A stretch of DNA of 64,000 nt from Patescibacteria group bacterium (GTDB taxonomy: Bacteria; Patescibacteriota; Patescibacteriia; Veblenbacterales; UBA10138): assembly GCA_018817715.1 (NCBI GenBank), contig JAHITT010000006.1, positions 218,804-282,803 of the forward strand, read 5' to 3'. Both the position numbers and the translations under genes were made by a program. Positions 20,015-31,572 of this stretch are shown piece after piece (position 1 is the first letter of the stretch; the number at the start of each line of letters is the position of its first letter). The notes beneath the pieces are model-generated. The model did not search any database. It was not told the origin of the DNA and saw only the letters and a list, made by a program, of their open reading frames with translations.

Positions 20015-20461
20015 TTATACCCTTTTAACCAACAACTGCCGACTGGTACCTGTTTCTTGCCAAAAAGCGTAATAATTTTCCACGGCTAAACCCAATAACT
20101 CAACCTCTAACACCTCCTGAGCAATTTCTAAATCAATCAAATGAGCTGTTTGTTCGGCTAATTGATCTTTAAAATTATTCTGCTGCCCATAAGCTGAACA
20201 ATCGCTATGATTAATCAACGACACTTTACCGATTTTATCTACCTCCCTAGCCTTAGTAATTTGTTTCAAAACTTCTTCCCTTTGTCCTAAACCTTCTCTA
20301 GCTAATAATTGCCCGCCACCAGGCAAACTAAAACGACGGCTATTAACCAGCCAACCCTGCTCACTTAACCACTTATCTAAACCCGGCTGAATTTCTTCAT
20401 CCGAACAATGAATAATAACTAGCTTCTTATCCACCATTTTGTCTATTGATAAATTATTCAA
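20015..20461 (-). CDS. Hypothetical protein at the 3' end of the atp operon
   Basis: 148 aa. Overlaps the atpC start by 8 nt. Paired motifs LVIIHCSD and LINHSDCSAYG. No confident family assignment. Confidence 0.45.
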   Translation of the reverse strand: MNNLSIDKMVDKKLVIIHCSDEEIQPGLDKWLSEQGWLVNSRRFSLPGGGQLLAREGLGQREEVLKQITKAREVDKIGKVSLINHSDCSAYGQQNNFKDQLAEQTAHLIDLEIAQEVLEVELLGLAVENYYAFWQETGTSRQLLVKRV

Positions 20462-20897
20462 CTTTTATACTCGGTCGCTTAGTATCATGATGACGACGAG
20501 CCACCTTAAGCCTAGCCAACTCTTTTTCCAATTTAGCAGCTAAAGCCGTGTAATCAGTAGCTTCGGCTGTACGAGATTGCTCCATAGTCTGTTTGGCTCT
20601 GTGCCTAGCTTCTTCAGCTCGCTGAATATCTATTTCATCGAATCTTTCGGCTGTATCGGCCAATACCACCACTTCTCCGGGACGAATATTTATAAAACCA
20701 CCCGAAACTGCCAAAAATAATTCCTGATCTTTAATTTTTATCTTAACTTCTCCTGGTTGTAAATTAGCCACCAAAGGTAAATGGTTGGGTAAAATTGTTA
20801 TTTCCCCCATTTGGGTAGGCAAAGTAACCGCTTCCACAGCTGGCGCGTCAAAAACTACTTTTTCTGGAGTGGCTATTTGAAAATGAAAAGTTTTCAT
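20454..20897 (-). CDS. atpC: ATP synthase F1 epsilon subunit
   Basis: 147 aa, FHFQIATPEKVVFDAPAVEAVTLPTQMGEITILPNHLPLVANLQPGEV... typical epsilon beta-sandwich plus helical tail. Confidence 0.85.
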   Translation of the reverse strand: MKTFHFQIATPEKVVFDAPAVEAVTLPTQMGEITILPNHLPLVANLQPGEVKIKIKDQELFLAVSGGFINIRPGEVVVLADTAERFDEIDIQRAEEARHRAKQTMEQSRTAEATDYTALAAKLEKELARLKVARRHHDTKRPSIKVE

Positions 20898-20932
20898 AAA
20901 AATTCCTGATTGATAATTCCTAATACTATTTT

Positions 20933-22327
<1,395 letters not shown>

Positions 22328-22344
22328 TTAAATTAAATTATAAA

Positions 22345-23280
22345 CTAACCAGCAATAGCCACTCGACCGCCGGTAATATCGGCTAATTCAGCTGTAATAG
22401 CCGCTTGCCGAGCTTGATTAAAGATTAAAGTTAAATCATCCATCATATCTTTGGCTGCATCTGAAGCATTACGCATGGCCATCATCCGAGCCGAATGTTC
22501 CGAAGCATCCGATTCTAACAAAGCTTGATAAAGTTGGGTTTCTAACAAACGAGGCATCAATTGATTCAAGACCTGTTCGGGCGACGGTTCAAATAAATAT
22601 TTGTAATTAAAAGTCGCTGGTGTTTTTTTAACAGACGACTGAAGCGATTCTTTGGCTCCCACCTGGCCTAAATATAAATCGTCGGTTTCAATTTCTATGG
22701 GCAAAAGTTGTTTTAATCTAGGTTTTTGATTAATTGGAGAAATAAAATCAGTATAAGCCATAATTATTTTATCATAGCGACCGGATAAAAAATCGCTTAT
22801 TATCATTTGGGCAATCGGTCTTATTTCATCCAACCGAGTGGTTAAATCAGCTTTAACAAATTCAGCCACTATAGTATGTCCGCGACGAAACATTATATCA
22901 CGACCTCTTTTACCAACAGCAATTAAATCAGCTTCCAAATCAACCGACTGTTTTTTATGATTAGCTAAATACTGATGAACTTTATAAGTTAACTGATGGT
23001 TAAAGCCACCACATAATCCACGGTTAGAAGTTATCAAAATCAAACCAACTCGTTTTACCTGGTCAGTCTTTTTTAACAGGGGGTGATGAGACGATTTAGT
23101 GCGCTTAATAAGGTCACCTAACAATTCCCAGCCCAAATTAGCATAAGTTCTGGTAGCCAAAACATTAGCCACCGCACGCCTCATTTTAGAAGCTGACACC
23201 AATTCCATTGCTTTGGTTATTTGCCTAGTGCTTTTGATTGACCTAATTCGTCGTTTTATTTCTCTAGTTGCTTGGGGCAT
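22345..23280 (-). CDS. atpG: ATP synthase F1 gamma subunit
   Basis: 311 aa, N-terminal IKRRIRSIKSTRQITKAMELVSASKMRRA and C-terminal helix ...ITAELADITGG, the gamma signature. Confidence 0.9.
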   Translation of the reverse strand: MPQATREIKRRIRSIKSTRQITKAMELVSASKMRRAVANVLATRTYANLGWELLGDLIKRTKSSHHPLLKKTDQVKRVGLILITSNRGLCGGFNHQLTYKVHQYLANHKKQSVDLEADLIAVGKRGRDIMFRRGHTIVAEFVKADLTTRLDEIRPIAQMIISDFLSGRYDKIIMAYTDFISPINQKPRLKQLLPIEIETDDLYLGQVGAKESLQSSVKKTPATFNYKYLFEPSPEQVLNQLMPRLLETQLYQALLESDASEHSARMMAMRNASDAAKDMMDDLTLIFNQARQAAITAELADITGGRVAIAG

Positions 23281-23320
23281 AAATTTACTACTAATCTATA
23301 GCTAACAGCTATAGATTAAA

Positions 23321-24829
23321 TTACATTTTTTTAACATCAGTAATAACCTGTTTTAATTCGTTTTCTGAATCAGCTGTTAATTCTCCCTGTTCTTTAATCT
23401 TTTTTAAAACTGACTGATCTTTCAAATAATCAAGTAGCTTATTCTCCCAAATCCTAACCTCTTCTACTGGAATATCATCCATATAACCATTAACCAAAGC
23501 GTATAAAACTGCCACCTGGCATTCTACCAGCATAGGTTCATACTGACCTTGTTTTAAAATTTCAATGGTGCGTTTGCCTCGTTCAATTTGTTTTTTAGTA
23601 GCTTCATCTAAATCCGAACCAAATTGAGCAAAAGCGGCTAATTCTCGATACTGGGCCAAATCCAAACGCAAGCGACCAGCCACTTTTTTCATAGCTTTAA
23701 TTTGAGCAGCCGAACCCACACGCGAAACAGACAAACCGGAATTAACAGCTGGTCTAATACCTTGATAAAATAAATCACTTTCCAAATAAATCTGCCCATC
23801 GGTTATGGAAATTACATTGGTTGGAATATAAGCTGAAACATCACCGGATTGAGTTTCGATAATCGGCAAAGCAGTTAAACTGCCACCCCCATTTTCTTTG
23901 GACATTTTAGCGGCCCGCTCTAACAAGCGGGAATGCAAATAAAACACATCACCCGGATAAGCTTCTCGTCCAGGCGGGCGCCTTAACAATAAAGAAATTT
24001 CCCGATAAGCCACGGCATGCTTAGATAAATCATCGTAAACTACCAAAACATCCTGGCCTTTATCCATAAAATACTCACCAATAGCACAACCGCTATAAGG
24101 CGCTAAATAAGACAAGGCCGCTGGATCCGAAGCACCAGCTAACACCACGGTGGTATAAGCCATAGCGCCGGCCTCTTCTAATTTAGCAACCAAACGAGCG
24201 ACTTTAGATTCCTTTTGGCCAATGGCCACATAAATACAAGTTACACCAGCTCCTTTTTGGTTAATAATAGTATCAATGGCCACAGCTGTTTTACCAGTCT
24301 GCCTATCACCAATAATTAACTCCCTTTGACCGCGACCAATGGGAATCATTGAATCAATGGCCTTAATACCGGTTTGCAAAGGCGTATTAACTGACTGTCT
24401 AGTGATAACACGAGGAGCAATTCTTTCTACTGAATAAAAATCCTTAGTGTTAATAGTTCCTTTACCATCCAAAGGCTCACCCAAAGGATTAACTACCCGA
24501 CCGACTAAAGATGGACCAACCGGTAAAGATAAAATTTTGCCAGTTGACTTAACTATATCACCTTGTTCAACAGTTAAATAATCACCCAAAATCATTACAC
24601 CAACCTGATCAGTTTCCAAATTCAAAGCCACACCCATGACACCATTACCAAATTCTAACATTTCCGCAGCCATACAATCACTTAAACCAGCCACCTTGGC
24701 TATACCATCACCCACTTCCAAAACAGTACCAATCTTTTCCACAGTAACAGTTGATTGGAAATTCTTTAACTCCTCTTCTAAGGTCTTTAACAAAGTATCC
24801 TTAGTTGAATTTTTAATCGCATCTTTCAT
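23321..24829 (-). CDS. atpA: ATP synthase F1 alpha subunit
   Basis: P-loop GDRQTGKTA. 502 aa with conserved alpha-subunit blocks. Confidence 0.95.
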   Translation of the reverse strand: MKDAIKNSTKDTLLKTLEEELKNFQSTVTVEKIGTVLEVGDGIAKVAGLSDCMAAEMLEFGNGVMGVALNLETDQVGVMILGDYLTVEQGDIVKSTGKILSLPVGPSLVGRVVNPLGEPLDGKGTINTKDFYSVERIAPRVITRQSVNTPLQTGIKAIDSMIPIGRGQRELIIGDRQTGKTAVAIDTIINQKGAGVTCIYVAIGQKESKVARLVAKLEEAGAMAYTTVVLAGASDPAALSYLAPYSGCAIGEYFMDKGQDVLVVYDDLSKHAVAYREISLLLRRPPGREAYPGDVFYLHSRLLERAAKMSKENGGGSLTALPIIETQSGDVSAYIPTNVISITDGQIYLESDLFYQGIRPAVNSGLSVSRVGSAAQIKAMKKVAGRLRLDLAQYRELAAFAQFGSDLDEATKKQIERGKRTIEILKQGQYEPMLVECQVAVLYALVNGYMDDIPVEEVRIWENKLLDYLKDQSVLKKIKEQGELTADSENELKQVITDVKKM

Positions 24830-24866
24830 AAGCTTTTATAACAAATTAATAGAAAATTATTTAAGA

Positions 24867-25277
24867 CTAATTATTACTCTGTCCAGATAAATTAAGGTAC
24901 AATTTGTCTAATTTACCCTTTAAAGAGGCATCAAAACGAGTATCATCTATTTTCAAAATAGCGCCGCCTAACAAATGAGGCTTAATAACCGTTTTTAATT
25001 CCACTTCTTTATCTAGTTTCTTAGATAACTCTTGGCTCAACGATTCCAAAATTTTATCAGTCGTTGGACGACCCAAGGTTAATTCAATCGGTTTAATATT
25101 TTGGTGCTCATTCCATAACCGCTCAACTTCTTTAATAATTCTATCCCGCCAAGTAAAATGCTTATGGCGATAAACCAATTGCCAAAAATTTTTGGTCAAC
25201 TTTATTAAACCAGTTGGCGACTGATTTTTAGACAATTCCAAATAAGTTTCAGCGTAATGACGTGGGGTGTATCTCAT
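24867..25277 (-). CDS. atpH: ATP synthase F1 delta subunit (OSCP), short form
   Basis: 136 aa. C-terminal ...IKPHLLGGAILKIDDTRFDASLKGKLDKL matches the delta/OSCP C-terminal motif. Position between atpF and atpA. Confidence 0.7.
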   Translation of the reverse strand: MRYTPRHYAETYLELSKNQSPTGLIKLTKNFWQLVYRHKHFTWRDRIIKEVERLWNEHQNIKPIELTLGRPTTDKILESLSQELSKKLDKEVELKTVIKPHLLGGAILKIDDTRFDASLKGKLDKLYLNLSGQSNN

Positions 25278-25282
25278 AAAAA

Positions 25283-25786
25283 TTATTTCTTTTTTCCAGC
25301 CTCTTCCACTGCCTCTTTAATTAAATCGGCATCTACCGCCTGAGCCGGCGCCTTGCCCACAATTTTAGCTAAAGCCGAAGTTACTAATTTGGCGGCCTGC
25401 TGCCTTAAAACTTGTATTTGAGTTTGCTGTTCGGTGGCAAAAGCTTGCCTAGCTGATTCAATAGCCAAAGCCGCCTCTTGCTTCACCTTGATCATAACTT
25501 CTCGGCCTTTATCCACAGCTTCTTTTTCCGCTTGACTAATAATTAATTGAGATTGCTTTTTAGCTTCAATAATCATTTCTTCTTTTTTGGCTTCCAATTG
25601 TTTTAAATTTTCTTCCATTTGACGAGTTTGTTCTAAACTTGAACTTATGCGATCTTGACGTTTATTTAAAAAATCCATCAAAGGTTTATAAACAAATTTA
25701 TACAAAACCGCCATGATTACCAAAAAATTCACTATCTGAGCGACAAGTAATTTCCAATCTATACCCAAAGCATTTAATAATTCCAT
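25283..25786 (-). CDS. atpF: ATP synthase Fo subunit b
   Basis: Start trimmed to the ATG at 25786 (MELLNALGIDWKLLVAQIVNFLVIMAVLYKFVYKPL...). One N-terminal TM followed by a long charged coiled-coil. Confidence 0.8.
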   Translation of the reverse strand: MELLNALGIDWKLLVAQIVNFLVIMAVLYKFVYKPLMDFLNKRQDRISSSLEQTRQMEENLKQLEAKKEEMIIEAKKQSQLIISQAEKEAVDKGREVMIKVKQEAALAIESARQAFATEQQTQIQVLRQQAAKLVTSALAKIVGKAPAQAVDADLIKEAVEEAGKKK

Positions 25787-25874
25787 AAAAATTCTTAGAT
25801 TAAATTTATCAGTGTTTAATTCACACTTGTGGTCTACGGTTATAAAACAAAAACCGTAGACCAAAAACTATAAA

Positions 25875-26141
25875 CTAAACAAACTTTATTATCAAAGCCA
25901 TTACCAATGAATAAATAGCAATAGCTTCACAAAAAGCCACAGCCAAAATCATTGGGGTTTGAATTTTAGAAGCTGATTCCGGATTACGACCAATTGATTC
26001 CATGGCTTTAGCAGCCAATTTACCAATAGCTACAGCCGGAAACATACCCCCCAAAACTATGGTCATACCGGCGGCAATACTCTTGATTACTTCCGGTGTC
26101 ATAGCTACAACGGTTTGAACCGCTTCGACTTCTGCTGACAT
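25875..26141 (-). CDS. atpE: ATP synthase Fo subunit c
   Basis: 88 aa, two-TM hairpin with GxGxGxG-like packing motif and a conserved carboxylate helix (AFCEAIAIYSLVMALII). Confidence 0.85.
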   Translation of the reverse strand: MSAEVEAVQTVVAMTPEVIKSIAAGMTIVLGGMFPAVAIGKLAAKAMESIGRNPESASKIQTPMILAVAFCEAIAIYSLVMALIIKFV

Positions 26142-26280
26142 ATGTTTATTCCTTTCTAGTAGATTAAGAACCGCTACGGCTAATTATTTTTTTATTTTGG
26201 CCGTCAGTTAAATCTACCTGAACTAATTATTAAGTACTTAGCCTTTACTTTATTTAAAAAATAAACCAAAGGTCAAATAC

Positions 26281-27051
26281 CTAGTGGCTGTGCTCAGCCG
26301 TAGCAATTGTTAAAAACACCAAAGTTAACAACGAAAACACCAAAGCTTGTACTAAACCAACAAAAATTTCCATAAATAAAAAAGGCAAGGGAGCAAAATA
26401 AGGAACTAAAGCCGAAACAACTATTAATAAAACCTCACCAGCAAAAATATTACCAAATAAACGGAAGGAGAAAGAAACTACTTTAGCCACTTCGGAAATT
26501 AACTCTAAGATGCCCACAAAAAACATTACCACTTTTTCCACACTAAAATGTTTTATTAAACCAACAAAATCCAAATATTTACCAACATGTTTAAAAAACC
26601 CTAAAATAACTATGCCAAAAAATTGGGTCCCCAGAACAGAAATTAAAGCGATCGCCAAGGTACCATTAAGGTCGGCCGAAGCTGATCGCAAAAAAGGTAC
26701 TAATACCCTCTGACCATGATGAACTTCATAAATACCAATACTACCTACGCCGGGCAACAAACCAAACCAATTGGACAATAATACAAAAAAGAAAATAGTC
26801 GCCACCAACGGAAAAAACTTTTGGGAATTTTTTTCGTCACCAGTTACACTAGTCACAAACTTAACACCAAATTCAACTATACTTTCTAATAAATTCTGTA
26901 AACCTGTCGGCACTTCGCTTAATTTTCTAATTCGCAAAGAAATACTTATTACCAACAAAAAAATAGTCACCAAAACAGCCACTATCAACGAATTCGTTAC
27001 TGCGAAGGACCCGATATGAAAAATTGGTTCAGCGGCCAATGAAATGTTCAT
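26281..27051 (-). CDS. atpB: ATP synthase Fo subunit a
   Basis: 256 aa polytopic protein. Essential-Arg helix motif FSFRLFGNIFAGEVLL. Confidence 0.9.
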   Translation of the reverse strand: MNISLAAEPIFHIGSFAVTNSLIVAVLVTIFLLVISISLRIRKLSEVPTGLQNLLESIVEFGVKFVTSVTGDEKNSQKFFPLVATIFFFVLLSNWFGLLPGVGSIGIYEVHHGQRVLVPFLRSASADLNGTLAIALISVLGTQFFGIVILGFFKHVGKYLDFVGLIKHFSVEKVVMFFVGILELISEVAKVVSFSFRLFGNIFAGEVLLIVVSALVPYFAPLPFLFMEIFVGLVQALVFSLLTLVFLTIATAEHSH

Positions 27052-27060
27052 AAACTAGGT

Positions 27061-27357
27061 TTAATTATGACTGCTATCCTGTTTATTATCAACTTTATTT
27101 GCTAGTTCTTCATCTTCTTCATAATGCATCAACTTTACTAATTTCTTATAAATCATCCAGGAAGTTACAAACATGGAAAGTACTACACCAATTAACATAA
27201 AAATCGGCGTTGAATCCAAAGCTTTGTCTAACCAGCGACCGCCTACCGCCAATATTATTAAAGGTAAAGCTATAGCATAACCCAATTCCCAAGCTAAACC
27301 TAAAGCACTGGCAAAAGATTTATCAGCTAAGGGCGCTTTGTTTTTCTGATTTTCCAT
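27061..27357 (-). CDS. AtpI/AtpZ-like small membrane protein (first gene of the atp operon)
   Basis: 98 aa, two TM helices (LGLAWELGYAIALPLIILAVGGRWLDK..., IFMLIGVVLSMFVTSW). Located at the operon head. Confidence 0.5.
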   Translation of the reverse strand: MENQKNKAPLADKSFASALGLAWELGYAIALPLIILAVGGRWLDKALDSTPIFMLIGVVLSMFVTSWMIYKKLVKLMHYEEDEELANKVDNKQDSSHN

Positions 27358-27410
27358 AATTTAATATTTTTTACTGATTAATCGTTATTTAGTCAAACTA
27401 ACGATGAAAC

Positions 27411-27439
27411 ATTATAGGCTTAACTGCGCCCAAAGTCAA
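27411..27439 (-). promoter_or_regulatory. Sigma70-like promoter of the atp operon
   Basis: On the minus strand TTGACT (plus 27434-27439), a 17-nt spacer, then TATAAT (plus 27411-27416), about 55 nt upstream of the atpI-like start. Confidence 0.45.
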
Positions 27440-27526
27440 TGGTTAAACTTTTTATTGGCTAATACTAAACAAAAAAAGGCCTAAGGTAACCCTTAATTCA
27501 AATAAAGACTTTTTAAAAATACTGTA

Positions 27527-28570
27527 TTATTCTTCTGTTTTTGGCTTTTCTAACAAGGTCGACTCTAAACCAACCGCTTGGCCGGAAATTCTTAAAATAT
27601 CTTTATCAATTTTAGCCAGTTCTTTTGAAGCAAAATTATAAGCATTAACCGTGGTGCCCAAGTGTCCGCCCAATTTTTTCATATATTCTTCGTAACTTAA
27701 CAAATGTCGGCCCAAATCTTCCACGTTCTTTCTTATTTGTTTAGCCGACTCTTCTATTTGCAAAGCCTTTAAGCCTTGCAAAACTGTTTGCAAATAAGCC
27801 AAAAAAGAAGTTGGCGAAACTATAATAACGTGCCGATCTTTAAAAGCATACTCAATTAAATCTCTGGTATTAACTTTAACTGTGCCGACTTGAGCTACCA
27901 ATAAATCATAGTAAATCGCTTCGTGCGGTATAAACATAAAAGCGAATTCCATAGTATTCTCGCTGGGCTTTACGTATTTGGAAGTTTCATCAATTCTATT
28001 TTTTAAATCAGATTTAAATAGCTTTTCCAAACGTTCTCTTTCCACAGTATCCCTTTCTTCAGCCAAACGATTATAATTTTCCAAACTAAACTTGGAATCT
28101 ATAGGAATTATTTTATCTTTAACAAAAACAACTGCGTCCACAATCGTCCCGTCTGCAAAAGCATATTGCATTTGATAACTACCTGGCGGCAACACATTTT
28201 TTAGTAAAGTTTCCAAATAATACTCCCCTAAAACCCCCCTTTGCTTGGGATTTTTTAATATATCCTGCAAACTTTTTAATTGATCAGCAAAATTTACCAC
28301 CTGACGATTAGTCTCATCTAATTTAGTAAGTCTTTCCGTAACATCACGGATAATTTTAGCTGATTCACCAAACTGACTTTGGATAGCTCGAGCTGATTCA
28401 CCCAATTTACTATCTAAAGTACGGGTTAATTCATTAAGTTGATTCTGCAACAACAACATACCACCATTATCGATTTTGGCTTCTGCTTTTAAATTATTTT
28501 TTATAAACCAAAATAAGCCAACAAACCCGGCTATTACTATAACTAATAAAACTATAAATTCTAGACTCAT
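27527..28570 (-). CDS. rmuC: DNA recombination protein RmuC
   Basis: 347 aa. N-terminal TM helix, long coiled-coil, C-terminal RmuC nuclease-like core (DAVVFVKDKIIPIDSKFSLENY...). Confidence 0.7.
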   Translation of the reverse strand: MSLEFIVLLVIVIAGFVGLFWFIKNNLKAEAKIDNGGMLLLQNQLNELTRTLDSKLGESARAIQSQFGESAKIIRDVTERLTKLDETNRQVVNFADQLKSLQDILKNPKQRGVLGEYYLETLLKNVLPPGSYQMQYAFADGTIVDAVVFVKDKIIPIDSKFSLENYNRLAEERDTVERERLEKLFKSDLKNRIDETSKYVKPSENTMEFAFMFIPHEAIYYDLLVAQVGTVKVNTRDLIEYAFKDRHVIIVSPTSFLAYLQTVLQGLKALQIEESAKQIRKNVEDLGRHLLSYEEYMKKLGGHLGTTVNAYNFASKELAKIDKDILRISGQAVGLESTLLEKPKTEE

Positions 28571-28611
28571 ATCAATTATTTTAACATAAACTATTAACTA
28601 CCGATAGATGC

Positions 28612-29448
28612 TTATTTAGACAAGTTAAATAAACCTTGAGCATTTTTTGTAGTCATTTTATCCACTTCTGCCAAACTTATTCCTTTAATGTCGGCTATTT
28701 TTTTAGCAACTTCCACCACATAAGACGGCTCATTGCGTTTACCGCGATAAGGCATCGGCGCTAAATAAGGAGCATCCGTTTCCACCATTATTTTATCCAG
28801 CGGCGTTATCTTAACAATTTCTAATAATTCAGTAGCCACATTTTTAAAAGTTATAATACCGGTAAAAGACAATAAATAACCTAAATCTAAAAAAATTTTA
28901 GCCTGCTCTTTATTACCTAAAAAACAATGGGCTACGCCTTTAGGCAAACAACCTTGGCGCTTGGCTTTTTCTAAAATATTAAGCAAATCATTGTAAGCTT
29001 CTCGGCAATGAACTATTAAAGGCAAATTAAGTTCATAGGCTAATTCCAATTGCTGCCAAAATAATTCAGCTTGCTTAACCTTCAATTCTTCTAATAACAC
29101 ACCTTTAGGACAATGATAATAATCTAACCCACACTCCCCTATGGCCACCACTTTAGAATAAGACTTGGCCAAATCAAAATATTTTTGTTTATTAAAAATT
29201 TCGGCTCTAGTAGTAAAATGATCTTCTTCCTCGTCCACCTCCTGCTCGTAAAGATGTATAGGATGAAGACCTACGGCAGCGTAAAAATTATTTTTGTCGT
29301 TTGTCATTTGCGCAGCCCGTAAACTGGTATCCCACTGACTGCCAACATTAATTATTTTGTCTACCCCGGCCTTAAGCGCTCGAATAATAACTTGATTTAA
29401 ATCATCCTTAAAGGCCCGAAAGTTTAAATGACAATGGGTATCAATCAT
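28612..29448 (-). CDS. tatD: TatD-family metal-dependent DNase/hydrolase
   Basis: MIDTHCHLNF..., GECGLDYYH..., HCREAYNDL..., ETDAPYL: the TatD signature motifs. Confidence 0.85.
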   Translation of the reverse strand: MIDTHCHLNFRAFKDDLNQVIIRALKAGVDKIINVGSQWDTSLRAAQMTNDKNNFYAAVGLHPIHLYEQEVDEEEDHFTTRAEIFNKQKYFDLAKSYSKVVAIGECGLDYYHCPKGVLLEELKVKQAELFWQQLELAYELNLPLIVHCREAYNDLLNILEKAKRQGCLPKGVAHCFLGNKEQAKIFLDLGYLLSFTGIITFKNVATELLEIVKITPLDKIMVETDAPYLAPMPYRGKRNEPSYVVEVAKKIADIKGISLAEVDKMTTKNAQGLFNLSK

Positions 29449-29532
29449 AAATAATAAAATTATGAAGCACGAATCAAGGATTAAGAGTGAAGTGCTAACC
29501 CAAACTTCTAATTCTTACTTGTTTATTCTAAT

Positions 29533-30072
29533 TTATTTTGGTATTGGTAAATTTAAACTAGGTACGTAAGGCTGAATTTGTTTAATTATATCCGGCAACA
29601 AAGGCACCAACACGCTAGCAAAAGCAATCAACCTGGCAGCTACACCAGAAGCCGCAATAGAATTTTCCACTAACAAAGGTAAAGGCAAACGACTGGCAAA
29701 ATAAAGAGTTAAACCTAAAACTAAGGCTCCTTCCAAAAACCCCAAAACAGCCCCGGCTAACCGGTTAACAGTCGCCAAGAATGGTATAAAACGCAAAAAA
29801 TTAAAAGTTCGGTCCAACAAATAAAAAATAAAACCCACCAAACGATTAACTACTATAAAAATTATCAAAAAGCTGGCCAAGGTTACCCAACCACCACTAA
29901 TACCCAACCAACTATTAAGCCAGGCGCTAAGCACGTCATAATAATGCCCAGCTAACCAAGCGCCGGCAATAGTGCCAAGTAAAGAACCGGCCATATGAAT
30001 TATACCGAACCAAAAACCAAACCAAATAAACCCAAAGACAGTTAATATTAAAAGTAAGTCAAGAAGGGTCAT
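29533..30072 (-). CDS. cvpA: CvpA-family membrane protein
   Basis: 179 aa, four TM helices, N-terminal LLDLLLILTVFGFIWFGFWFGIIHMAGSLLG typical of the CvpA/colicin V production family. Confidence 0.55.
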   Translation of the reverse strand: MTLLDLLLILTVFGFIWFGFWFGIIHMAGSLLGTIAGAWLAGHYYDVLSAWLNSWLGISGGWVTLASFLIIFIVVNRLVGFIFYLLDRTFNFLRFIPFLATVNRLAGAVLGFLEGALVLGLTLYFASRLPLPLLVENSIAASGVAARLIAFASVLVPLLPDIIKQIQPYVPSLNLPIPK

Positions 30073-30113
30073 AGAAGTAAAAATTAAAAAGTTAAAATAT
30101 GAAATTAAAAAGT

Positions 30114-31568
30114 CTATTTTTTATCTAGCCTCGGAAATAATGGTTCGGACTTAACAATTTTTTCAGCTTTAAATACGTTTATAATTTTTTTGCTAGTTTC
30201 AGGCATAAACGGCTCAAGCAAACCAGAAATCATAATTAAAATACTAACCCAATTAGACAATAATAATTTAACGTCTAATAATTTACTTTCTTTTGCCAAT
30301 TGCCAAGGTTTTCTTTCTTCTATTTCTCTATCTATTCTTCTAGTTTCAGTCATAATATAATCAAGGGCATCGTTAAAACGGAAATTATTTATAGAGTTAA
30401 TTATTTTCTCCTTGGTGAGAGATAAATTTAAATTTTTATTTATAATCTCTTCACTATAGGGTTCAAATTTATAGTCACTAAAATATCTCTCCATCATATT
30501 TGTCACTCTAGAGAAAGTATTACCTAGCCCATTAGCTAAATCAGACTGATAACGTTGCCTGAACCTGCTTAAAGAAACATCTCCATCACTAACAAAAGGA
30601 ACTTCGGCCATTATCAAGTATCTGGCCGCTTCTACGCCAAACTCTTTTACCAAATCGTTAGGGTCTATAACATTACCTAAAGACTTGGACATTTTTTGGC
30701 CGTCAATAGTAAAGAATCCATGGGCGGCAATAGTGCCGGGCAGGGGTAAATCAGCCGCCATTAACAAGGCCGGCCAAATAACCGCGTGAAACCATAAAAT
30801 ATCCTTGGCCATTAAATGCAAATTAGCCGGCCAAAACCCTTTACCTTGATGGGTAAACTTGGTGGCGGAATAATAATTTATTAAAGCGTCCACCCAAACA
30901 TAAATAGTTTGCGATTTATCCCATGGCACGGCCACCCCCCAACTAACACCGACCCTAGAAATAGAAATATCTTGCAAACCCTTTATTATTTTACCAACCA
31001 CTTCATTTTTTCTGGTTTCCGGAACAATAATATAATCTTTGTTATCCAAAGCCTGTAGTAATTTATCGCTAAAAGCGGATAATTTAAAAAAATAATTAGT
31101 TTCTTTTTGTTGAATAGGTTCGGCATTAGGATGTAAGGGACACTTTCCATTAACCAAATCATCTTCTTGCAAAAACTTTTCACAACCCACGCAATATAAA
31201 CCCTCGTACTTATCTTGGTAAATGTAACCATTATCAAAAATCTTCTGCAATAACTCTTTAACAACTGACTCATGGTTAGAATCAGACGTTCTTATAAAAT
31301 AATCGTAAGAGATATTCAAATTGGACCAAGCGTTTTTAAATTGCTCGGCATTTTGATTAGCAAATACCAAAGGCTCTAAATCGGCTTGAATAGCTGATTC
31401 CTGAACTTTAGCACCATGCTCATCTGTACCAGTTAAAAAGAAAACCTCTTCTTCTTTTTGCTTATGCCAACGCGCCAAGACATCAGCACATAAAGTCGTA
31501 TAAGCGTGACCTAAATGTGGTTTATCATTAACGTAATAAATTGGCGTGGTAACAAAATATTTAGTCAT
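30114..31568 (-). CDS. metG: Methionine--tRNA ligase (short form)
   Basis: HIGH motif (PHLGHAYTTL), KMSKS (QKMSKSLGN). 484 aa, no C-terminal tRNA-binding extension. Confidence 0.9.
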   Translation of the reverse strand: MTKYFVTTPIYYVNDKPHLGHAYTTLCADVLARWHKQKEEEVFFLTGTDEHGAKVQESAIQADLEPLVFANQNAEQFKNAWSNLNISYDYFIRTSDSNHESVVKELLQKIFDNGYIYQDKYEGLYCVGCEKFLQEDDLVNGKCPLHPNAEPIQQKETNYFFKLSAFSDKLLQALDNKDYIIVPETRKNEVVGKIIKGLQDISISRVGVSWGVAVPWDKSQTIYVWVDALINYYSATKFTHQGKGFWPANLHLMAKDILWFHAVIWPALLMAADLPLPGTIAAHGFFTIDGQKMSKSLGNVIDPNDLVKEFGVEAARYLIMAEVPFVSDGDVSLSRFRQRYQSDLANGLGNTFSRVTNMMERYFSDYKFEPYSEEIINKNLNLSLTKEKIINSINNFRFNDALDYIMTETRRIDREIEERKPWQLAKESKLLDVKLLLSNWVSILIMISGLLEPFMPETSKKIINVFKAEKIVKSEPLFPRLDKK

Positions 31569-31572
31569 AAAA

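Noticed and set aside
20015-20461. Assigning the 148-aa atp-operon tail gene as a beta-carbonic anhydrase
   Set aside because: Only a loose resemblance of HCSD / HSDC to the CxDxR / HxxCG ligand motifs. The protein is much shorter than beta-carbonic anhydrases and the Asp-Arg dyad is missing.
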